Shown here piece after piece: positions 49,336 to 57,596 of a stretch of 60,382 bases of DNA. This DNA is from a virus. Taxonomy: Duplodnaviria > Caudoviricetes. How positions within the stretch are numbered: position 1 is the stretch's first letter; every line of letters starts with the position of its first letter. The notes under the pieces were generated by a model that ran no database searches, was not told where the DNA came from, and saw nothing but the letters and a program-made list of their open reading frames with translations. Where the stretch lies: positions 1 to 60,382 of the IMG/VR virus record IMGVR_UViG_3300020470_001595. The stretch is one strand, 5' to 3'. Made by a program: the position numbers and the translations under genes.

Positions 49336-52300
49336 ATGCCACAACAGACTAACCTGAATATAAGTCCCTATTACGACGATTTTGACAGGTCCGATAATTA
49401 CCATAAGGTTCTGTTTAAACCAGGATTACCTGTTCAAGCCCGTGAATTAACGAGCTTACAGTCTATTCTTCAGAATCAGATTGAACAGTTCGGTAGTCAT
49501 ATGTTTAAAGAGGGTTCCGTAGTGATCCCTGGTGGTATTACTTATGATGGGGATTATTTTGCTGTTCAGTTAGATCCCACACATTTAGGAACTGATGTTG
49601 AAGTTTATATACAAGATCTTGTAGGAAAAAGAATAAAAGGAGAAACATCAGGTATTAAAGCAAAGGTTATCAATTATATTCCTGCTAGTGAGTCTAGAAC
49701 TTCAACTGCAACAATATATGTAAAATATGTGGCTCCAGGTCCAAGTGGATCTTTTGATTTCTTCCGTGATTCTGAATTGTTATTGATGGAAGAATCTCTT
49801 ACTTATGGTAATACTACCATAAACGCTGGTTCATCTATTGCTAACACAATACAACAGGATTCTTGTAGTTCTGCATCTGCAGCTTCTATTTCTAGTGGTG
49901 TATATTTCGTAAGAGGTGCTTTTGTAAGAGTCAATCAACAGACTGTTATATTAGATCAATATGATAATCAACCATCATTTAGAGTTGGTTTACAAGTAGT
50001 AGAAAGTGCAATTAATGCTAAGGAAGATCCAGGACTATATGATAACGCTAAAGGATTTTCAAACTATGCTGCACCAGGCGCAGATAGATTAAAAATAGAA
50101 TTAAAACTTGCTAAGAAGGATGTTAATGATTTTGATGATACAGATTTTATTGAGATTTTAAGGGTAAGATCTGGTATTGTTGAAAAGCAACTTAGTGGTA
50201 ATAGTGACTATAATAGGATTGAAGATTATCTAGCTCAGAGAACTCACGATGAGTCGGGAGATTATACAACAAATCCATTCTTTATCAATATTCTTGATAG
50301 TTTGAATGATAGAATGGGTAGTGAAGGTATATTTTATGCCACTGATACTACTCCTGAAGGAAATACTCCAGATGAGTCTCTTGCATGTGTAAGATTATCT
50401 GCTGGTACTGCATATGTTAAAGGTTATCAATATGAGACATTTGGAGAAACTCTTGATGTAGACAAACCAAGAACTACATCAGATAAGATAGAAGAAACAT
50501 TTAATCTTAGATTAGGTAATAGACTTAGATTGAATGGTGTTCAAGGTATTACAACATTCAGAAATTCTATTGATTTACAAACAGGTATTAGTAGTGAAAA
50601 GGTTGGTGATGCTAAAGTTTATAATTTTGGTTTAGTAGATTCTAAGTATAAGGATAATTCAACTGAATTTGATGCTTATTTGTATGATGTTCAATTATAC
50701 ACTAAGTTACTTATTAATGATCCAGTATCCAATGCAGAAGTTGGACAGTCTGCTTATATCGAAGGACAAGAGAGTGGTGCTACAGGATATGCAGTAGCTG
50801 CTGGTGCTGGTTCTAGTACAATTACATTAACACAAGTATCTGGTCATTTCCAATCAGGTGAAAGATTAAACTTTAAAGGTAATCAAAATTTATCTAGAGT
50901 TGTTGATAAGGTAATTTCATATAGTATGGATGATGTTGAGAATGTTCAACAATCAAATACATTCTATGCTAAGAAGAAATTAAATTTAGCAACTCCATAT
51001 AATATTGGTGATTCTGATGTTCGTATTGCAACTAATGGTGATACTACATCAACTGGTAATACATTTGATAGATTTAAACCTGGTGATATAGTAATTTACT
51101 ATAGATCTAACCAAACTCTACCTAATCACAATGTAGTAACTTCTGTTGCTGCTGATGGTGCAAGTATGAAGTTGGCTGCTTTGACTACCAATTCTAACTT
51201 GTTTACTGGAACGCTTCCAGGTAGTACATTTGAAGGTAGGATTTATAAAGGAGAACAGCAATTAACTAATGAAGATAATGCTGGATTATATTTAAAATTA
51301 CCTGCACCTAATATTTCTGATATAGATTTTACTGGAGCAGAATTATTACTTTCTGATCAAGTAACTGGTGAATCAACCGATGCTAATGGTGTTTTGGTTG
51401 TTAATACTAGTTCTCTTACTCTTGATGATGTTACCTTCGTAGCATTTGATCAAGAAAGATATCAAGTACAATATAGTAGCGGTACAGTAGCTAATATCAC
51501 TCAAGATCAAGTAGTTGTTACTAATAGCACTCTAACTATTAATGGATTAGCATTCTCTGAGAGTAATATTAAAGTTAATGTAACAGTAGCAAAGAGTAAT
51601 ATTAAGAACAAAACTAAAGAATATAAGAGAAGTGAGCAAGTATCTATTGTATATTCTTCTAAAGATATATCTGGAACTAATGCTAATAGCAGCAATAATG
51701 ATGGATTAACTCAAAGTGGTCTTTATGGCGTAAGAGTTCAGGATGAAGAAATTTGTTTGAACTATCCTGATGTTGCTAATATCGTTGCTGTTTATGAATC
51801 ATTAGATACAAATGTACCATTATTTGACAAATTAGTATTTACATCAACTGATCCTATTTTCCAAAATGCGGTTGTTGGTGAGGTTATTATAGGAGAAGAT
51901 ACTAATGCTGTTGCAAGAATAGTTGCAATTGATGCTGGTTCTAGTAGTATTAGTATTGTATACAAGACAATAGATAAGTTTAGACTTCTCGAAACTCTTT
52001 TATTCCAAGAATCTAATACATCAGCAACCCTTCAATCTATAACTCTTGGTAAGTATAAAGATGTTACCAATTCATTTACTTTAGATAAAGGTCAAAGAGA
52101 ACAGTATTATGATTATTCAAGATTATTGAGGGTCAATGAGAGTTATGTTCCAACAAAACAACTCTTAGTTGTCCTTGACAGATATGAAATTCCATCTTCA
52201 GATGTTGGAGATGTATTTACTGTCAATAGTTATGATTCAGAAAGATTTGCTAAAGATATTCCTGCAATAGGTAAGAGTGGTATAAGAGCAACGGATACTC

Positions 52301-55300
52301 TTGACTTTAGACCTAGGGTTGCAACATTTGTTCCTAATAGCGCAACTGTATCTCCATTCTTCCCATCTAATAGAGTAATTGATTCTGGGTCACGAATTGT
52401 AACTCCAAACGAATCATCTAAATTTAAGTATCAACATTACCTAGGAAGAATTGATAAGGTCATTCTTAAGACTGTAGGGGATGTAGTTATTGATAAGGGA
52501 ATACCATCAGCAAATCCCAAACCACCTGCTGATCAGCCAGATGCAATGACATTGGCTACTATTGTTTGGCCACCTTACTTATTTGATACTAGTAATGCTC
52601 AAGTATACTTAATAGATAATCGCCGATACACTATGCGTGATATTGGTGATATTGAAGATAGATTAGAGCATCTTGAAGAGGTTACATCATTATCTTTATT
52701 AGAACAAAAGATTGAAAATTTACAAGTTAAAGATGCTGATGGTTTAGATAGATTTAAGAGTGGTTTCTTTGCAGATTCATTTAAAAATAAAAAGTTAGTT
52801 GATATATCATCTCCAATTGATATTGATGTTGATAGAGGTCATTTAAAACCTCTAACAGACTTAAGTTCTATTGATATGCAATTGTTGCCAGGAACAGAGC
52901 AGTCTCCTGAAACATTAGATTTTACCCAAGATTTTGCTCTCTTAGATGAGAATGCAGTAAAGACGGGTAGAATGGTTACTCTTAAGTATGAAGAAGAACT
53001 TTTTGTTGATCAGAACTTTGCAACTAGGGTAGAGAATTTGAACCCATTCTTGGTTCATGCTTATACTGGTGAGATGAAGTTGAATCCATCCAGTGACAAT
53101 TGGATTAATACTCAACAAACTCAAACTTTATCAACTCAAGTTATTAGAAGGAGAGTCTTTGATACTAGAGTTAGTGCAACTACTGTTGATGGTGGGTTTG
53201 GTCAGGATGAATTATCTGCATCTACAAATGAGTTTGTCTCTAATGTAGAAAGAGATGATATCACATCAAGAAATACTTATATTGCTCAAGAGACCTTTGA
53301 TCCTTTCTGTAGGTCAAGAAATATTGAATATAATTGCACTGGATTAAGACCCGAAACTAAATTCTTCCAATACTTTGATTCTCTTGGTAATGTTGATGTA
53401 ATTCCAAAAGTTATTGGTATTACGAATGTTATTGGTGCATTTACTGTCGGTGAGACTATTACTTCTCTTGTAAATGGAGAAACTTATAGATTCAGACTTT
53501 GTAGACCTGATCATAAGAAAGGACCAATTGCTGCACCTACAACTACATTTGAACTTAATCCTTTAGATAGGAATGAGACACTACCTACAGCGTATTCTCA
53601 GGGTTCTACTATACTTAATATAGATACTGCTGCTCTTGCAACTGCTGCACAAGGAGATTTCTTTGGATATCTTCCAGAAGGTGCTGTTGTTTCTGGAGAA
53701 ACTAGTGGAGCACAAGCAACTATCTCAGATCTTAATTTATGGTCAGATGTGTATGGAGATCTTGCTGCTTGTATATGGCTTAGAGATCCATTTGCTTCAC
53801 CAACTCCACTTGCTAGAGTAAGATCTGGTGAAAGAGAAGTTAAAGTAACATCTGATCCTAATAATGTTGTTTATCATAAGGGTAGTACTGCTAATTCAGT
53901 AGCAACTGCTGTATATACTGCTATTGGTACAACACGAATTGTACAAACTGATGTAAGTGTTACAACTTTAGAGACTACGACGATACAGAGAGATGTAAGT
54001 CTTACATTTACAAACCGTAGACCGCCCCCACCACCACCACCTCCACCACCAGTTATTATTAATAACACAACCTTCATTGATAGGACTGTTACCAATAACA
54101 TCACTGTTACTGGTAGAGGTGGTAGAGGACCGCAAAGAAGAAGACAACGAAGGAGAAGTCGTAGAAGAAGAGGAAGGAGAGGTGGAGATCCCTTGGCACA
54201 GTCATTCAAGACTGATATCAGTGGATGTTATCTAACTTCTATAGATCTTTACTTCTATACGATGGCAGATCCAACTATTCCTTGTTGGTTTGAAGTAAGA
54301 ACAATGGAATTGGGGCAGCCAACAGAACAGTTGGTTACACCAGATGCTAGAGTTGTTTTAACTGGAAATGATGTCACTCTTTCCAATGATGCTTCAATAG
54401 CAACGAATATTAAATTCCCATCACCAATTTATTTGGAACCAGAAACAGAGTATTGCTTTGTTGCAGGATCACCATTGAATACTTGGGAAATTTATACAGC
54501 AGAAATGGGGCAAACTGCGATTAACGCACAGAACTTGCCTAGTGCTGCAGGAAGGGTTTATAGTAATCAATTTATGGTTGGTTCTATGTTCAAGTCGCAA
54601 AATGCGTCTACATGGACTCCATGCCAATTTGAGGATATTTGCTTCAAGATCTACTCTGCAAAATTTGTAGAATCAGATGCTGTAGTAACATTCCAGAATC
54701 CTCCAGTTAGAGCTAATAATGGTATCTTACCAGCATTGAATTTGAATCCAATTCAGACTCTTCCTAAGAAGGCTGCACTTGGAATCACTACTACAACTAA
54801 CGCTGGATTAATAGGAACCGTATTTACTGTTGGAAGAAAGGTCGGTGATGCTAGTGCAACATATCGATATGGATATATCGAAGATGTTGGAGGACCAGTT
54901 CAAACTGGTGGTACTCTTGCTGTTGGTATTCAAACCAATGGTGAAGGTTATGGAACTCCATCATCATCTTCTGTTAGCACTTACGCTATTACTGGACAAG
55001 GTGCAGGGTTAAAATTAGGTGTAACCGTTGGTACTGGTAATTCAGGAATTACTGCTCTTACCATTCAAGATGACGGACAAGGTTATAAAGTTGGTGACAT
55101 TGTAGGAATCGTTACTGCTGAAATGAGTGGTGCAGGTTCTGGAGTTAGAATTGGTATCAATTCTCTCAGTGGAATAGATACTCTTTACTTGACTAATATT
55201 CAAGCAGAAGAGTTTACTAATGCTGCTAGTGTTAACTACTTCCATGATCTTGGAACTGTTATTGATTCTGGTTTAGATGTAACTAGGTATGATGAGACAG

Positions 55301-56649
55301 GTAGTATCTACACTGGTGAATATGCACGAGTATCTTGCTTCAATCATGGAATGTATGGTCCAGGCAATAAGGTTGCTATTAGTGGAGCAGCTCCAGATAC
55401 TCTACCTACTGTAACATCAACTACTATCAATTCTACAACTAGCTCCATTGCTATTGGTGATAGTACAGGATTTGATGTATTTGAAGGAGTACTTGTTAGT
55501 GCTGCTAATACTGCATATGCTATTATTAACAACGAAGTTATTTCTTATACTTCAGTTGGTATTAATACTTTAAGTGGTATTGTTCGTGGTGTTGATAACA
55601 CTCAACCTATTAACCATGAATCTGGGTCTCCTATTCAGAAGTATGAACTTGCTGGAGTTGGTCTAAGTAAGATCAATAAGACTCATGATGTTTCTACTAT
55701 AGGTAGGAATATGGATGATTATATTATTCAGATTGATAGAGAAGGTAGAGCAACTGACATTTCAGGTCTAACACAACCACAACTTTCATTTAATGCTGAA
55801 TCTTATGGTGGTGGTAGTCATTGTCATTCATCTAAGAATATGATGTTTGACACAGTTACCCCTGTATTTGATGTAACAACACCTGGTCCTAATGATTCTC
55901 TGACTGTAAGTCTTAGAACTGTTAGTGGTACTAGTGTAGATGGTAATGAAACATCATTTATTGATCAAGGATTTGAAGATTTTATTGTTAATCAACCAAC
56001 TAAGTTGCCAACCAATAGAATAGTCGCTTCCGAAGTAAATGAAGATGCTAGATTGACCAATCTCTTTAGAAATAGATCTTTAACTGCTAGAGTAACATTG
56101 AGCAATGGGGAAGATGAAACAAGTTCTCCAATGATTTGCTTAGATACTATGGCAATGAAGTTCTCATCTAATAGGATTAATAAACCAATCGATGATAACA
56201 GTTATCCTCTAGATAAGAGATCTAATCAACTTACTGGGGATCCTCATACATCTTACTATGTTTCTAAGTTAATCACTATTAAGCAACCAGCGAGTTCCTT
56301 AAAGGTTATATTTGATGCATTTAAACCTGCGTCTTCTGATTTCCGAGTTCTCTATAGTTTGCTTAGACCAGATTCCAGTGAAATCGATCAAAAGTTTATA
56401 CTCTTCCCAGGGTATAAGAATAGTGTTGATACCACTGGTGATGGATTTGGAGACACAGTAATTGATCCTGCAAAGAATGATGGTCGTCCTGATAAGTATG
56501 TTACTCCTGGAGAAAACTTCAAAGAGTATCAATACACTATAAATGACTTAGAACCTTATACTGGGTTTGTTATTAAGGTTGTTTTCAGTGGCACTAATCA
56601 GGCACAAATTCCTATCATTAAAAACATGAGGGCAATTGCATTAGCATGA
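49336..56649 (+). CDS. VrlC-like large virion structural protein (DUF4815)
   Basis: PYYDDFD...VQARELT, APGADRLK, RYTMRDIG.IEDR, RFKSGFFAD.F, DPLAQSF. Confidence 0.88.
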   Translation: MPQQTNLNISPYYDDFDRSDNYHKVLFKPGLPVQARELTSLQSILQNQIEQFGSHMFKEGSVVIPGGITYDGDYFAVQLDPTHLGTDVEVYIQDLVGKRIKGETSGIKAKVINYIPASESRTSTATIYVKYVAPGPSGSFDFFRDSELLLMEESLTYGNTTINAGSSIANTIQQDSCSSASAASISSGVYFVRGAFVRVNQQTVILDQYDNQPSFRVGLQVVESAINAKEDPGLYDNAKGFSNYAAPGADRLKIELKLAKKDVNDFDDTDFIEILRVRSGIVEKQLSGNSDYNRIEDYLAQRTHDESGDYTTNPFFINILDSLNDRMGSEGIFYATDTTPEGNTPDESLACVRLSAGTAYVKGYQYETFGETLDVDKPRTTSDKIEETFNLRLGNRLRLNGVQGITTFRNSIDLQTGISSEKVGDAKVYNFGLVDSKYKDNSTEFDAYLYDVQLYTKLLINDPVSNAEVGQSAYIEGQESGATGYAVAAGAGSSTITLTQVSGHFQSGERLNFKGNQNLSRVVDKVISYSMDDVENVQQSNTFYAKKKLNLATPYNIGDSDVRIATNGDTTSTGNTFDRFKPGDIVIYYRSNQTLPNHNVVTSVAADGASMKLAALTTNSNLFTGTLPGSTFEGRIYKGEQQLTNEDNAGLYLKLPAPNISDIDFTGAELLLSDQVTGESTDANGVLVVNTSSLTLDDVTFVAFDQERYQVQYSSGTVANITQDQVVVTNSTLTINGLAFSESNIKVNVTVAKSNIKNKTKEYKRSEQVSIVYSSKDISGTNANSSNNDGLTQSGLYGVRVQDEEICLNYPDVANIVAVYESLDTNVPLFDKLVFTSTDPIFQNAVVGEVIIGEDTNAVARIVAIDAGSSSISIVYKTIDKFRLLETLLFQESNTSATLQSITLGKYKDVTNSFTLDKGQREQYYDYSRLLRVNESYVPTKQLLVVLDRYEIPSSDVGDVFTVNSYDSERFAKDIPAIGKSGIRATDTLDFRPRVATFVPNSATVSPFFPSNRVIDSGSRIVTPNESSKFKYQHYLGRIDKVILKTVGDVVIDKGIPSANPKPPADQPDAMTLATIVWPPYLFDTSNAQVYLIDNRRYTMRDIGDIEDRLEHLEEVTSLSLLEQKIENLQVKDADGLDRFKSGFFADSFKNKKLVDISSPIDIDVDRGHLKPLTDLSSIDMQLLPGTEQSPETLDFTQDFALLDENAVKTGRMVTLKYEEELFVDQNFATRVENLNPFLVHAYTGEMKLNPSSDNWINTQQTQTLSTQVIRRRVFDTRVSATTVDGGFGQDELSASTNEFVSNVERDDITSRNTYIAQETFDPFCRSRNIEYNCTGLRPETKFFQYFDSLGNVDVIPKVIGITNVIGAFTVGETITSLVNGETYRFRLCRPDHKKGPIAAPTTTFELNPLDRNETLPTAYSQGSTILNIDTAALATAAQGDFFGYLPEGAVVSGETSGAQATISDLNLWSDVYGDLAACIWLRDPFASPTPLARVRSGEREVKVTSDPNNVVYHKGSTANSVATAVYTAIGTTRIVQTDVSVTTLETTTIQRDVSLTFTNRRPPPPPPPPPPVIINNTTFIDRTVTNNITVTGRGGRGPQRRRQRRRSRRRRGRRGGDPLAQSFKTDISGCYLTSIDLYFYTMADPTIPCWFEVRTMELGQPTEQLVTPDARVVLTGNDVTLSNDASIATNIKFPSPIYLEPETEYCFVAGSPLNTWEIYTAEMGQTAINAQNLPSAAGRVYSNQFMVGSMFKSQNASTWTPCQFEDICFKIYSAKFVESDAVVTFQNPPVRANNGILPALNLNPIQTLPKKAALGITTTTNAGLIGTVFTVGRKVGDASATYRYGYIEDVGGPVQTGGTLAVGIQTNGEGYGTPSSSSVSTYAITGQGAGLKLGVTVGTGNSGITALTIQDDGQGYKVGDIVGIVTAEMSGAGSGVRIGINSLSGIDTLYLTNIQAEEFTNAASVNYFHDLGTVIDSGLDVTRYDETGSIYTGEYARVSCFNHGMYGPGNKVAISGAAPDTLPTVTSTTINSTTSSIAIGDSTGFDVFEGVLVSAANTAYAIINNEVISYTSVGINTLSGIVRGVDNTQPINHESGSPIQKYELAGVGLSKINKTHDVSTIGRNMDDYIIQIDREGRATDISGLTQPQLSFNAESYGGGSHCHSSKNMMFDTVTPVFDVTTPGPNDSLTVSLRTVSGTSVDGNETSFIDQGFEDFIVNQPTKLPTNRIVASEVNEDARLTNLFRNRSLTARVTLSNGEDETSSPMICLDTMAMKFSSNRINKPIDDNSYPLDKRSNQLTGDPHTSYYVSKLITIKQPASSLKVIFDAFKPASSDFRVLYSLLRPDSSEIDQKFILFPGYKNSVDTTGDGFGDTVIDPAKNDGRPDKYVTPGENFKEYQYTINDLEPYTGFVIKVVFSGTNQAQIPIIKNMRAIALA

Positions 56650-56840
56650 TTCGAGTAGAAGGTAAACCACATCTTTATAGAGATGAAACTGGGGCTATCA
56701 TTAATGATGATAGCTCTGGTTATTCTGCTTATATGAATGCAAAATCTAAAAAAGCACTTGAAAGAAAAGAGCTAGATACTATGAAACAAGAGATCTCTGA
56801 AATAAAGGAGATGCTTGCCAAAATTACATCAAAATTATGA
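56646..56840 (+). CDS. Small coiled-coil protein
   Basis: VEG..HLYRD.TGAIIN followed by a heptad tail. Confidence 0.75.
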   Translation: MIRVEGKPHLYRDETGAIINDDSSGYSAYMNAKSKKALERKELDTMKQEISEIKEMLAKITSKL

Positions 56841-57025
56841 GAGACCCACATATTGAACATTTAAGATTCCTACATGGGGATGAATGTGTACCCACAAAAG
56901 TGGCAGAATTGGGAGACCTTGAAATAATAAGAAATGATATAGATCGATTAGACTTAAAAGTCAGTCAAATGACACAAGCCTTACAAGAAGTACTAACAGA
57001 GATTAAGAAGATAAATACCTTATAG
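56837..57025 (+). CDS. Small coiled-coil protein
   Basis: 62-aa ORF overlapping the upstream stop. Confidence 0.55.
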   Translation: MRDPHIEHLRFLHGDECVPTKVAELGDLEIIRNDIDRLDLKVSQMTQALQEVLTEIKKINTL

Positions 57026-57045
57026 GATAATAGTCAGCATACAAG

Positions 57046-57381
57046 ATGGCAGTATATGTCGCTAATTTGCAGATTGAATCGGGTACTGATTTTGAACATT
57101 TATTTTCTCTTGGTGATAACGATAATAACACTACCCTAAATCTAGCAGGATTTACAGTAACCTCACAACTGCGTAAGTGGGCAGGTAGCAGCAATTATGT
57201 TGCCTTTGCTTCGACTGTATCTAGTCCATTGGAAGGAGAGATCCAGATCTCAATGGCATCCACTATAACAACCGACATAAAACCTGGTCGTTACCTTTAC
57301 GATGTTATTTTGCAAGACGGCGTTAGTACGGTAAAAGTCGTTGAAGGAATGGTCAATGTTAGAGCAGGGGTAACAAGGTAA
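57046..57381 (+). CDS. Small virion structural protein (beta-sandwich, fibre-associated)
   Basis: GRYLYDV...VVEG.V.V.AGVT; ATAAATA at 57011-57017. Confidence 0.75.
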   Translation: MAVYVANLQIESGTDFEHLFSLGDNDNNTTLNLAGFTVTSQLRKWAGSSNYVAFASTVSSPLEGEIQISMASTITTDIKPGRYLYDVILQDGVSTVKVVEGMVNVRAGVTR

Positions 57382-57596
57382 TGCCTTCTTTACGAATTGG
57401 TACTGGTAGCCAAGTTAAAGTCATTGCCAGCGGCTCTTTAGGAGGCGGTGGTGGTGGAGGTAAACTAGTTTTACTTTCAGATGTTAATGCGAATAACTTA
57501 ACTAATGGCAGTTTTCTGGTCTATGACTCAGCATCCGCTAAATTTATAACACAAACTACTTTACCATCCACAACAGTTGATGGAGGGGAATACTAA
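57381..57596 (+). CDS. Small fibre-associated protein
   Basis: LSDVN....NGSFLVYD, terminal DGGEY. Confidence 0.7.
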   Translation: MPSLRIGTGSQVKVIASGSLGGGGGGGKLVLLSDVNANNLTNGSFLVYDSASAKFITQTTLPSTTVDGGEY

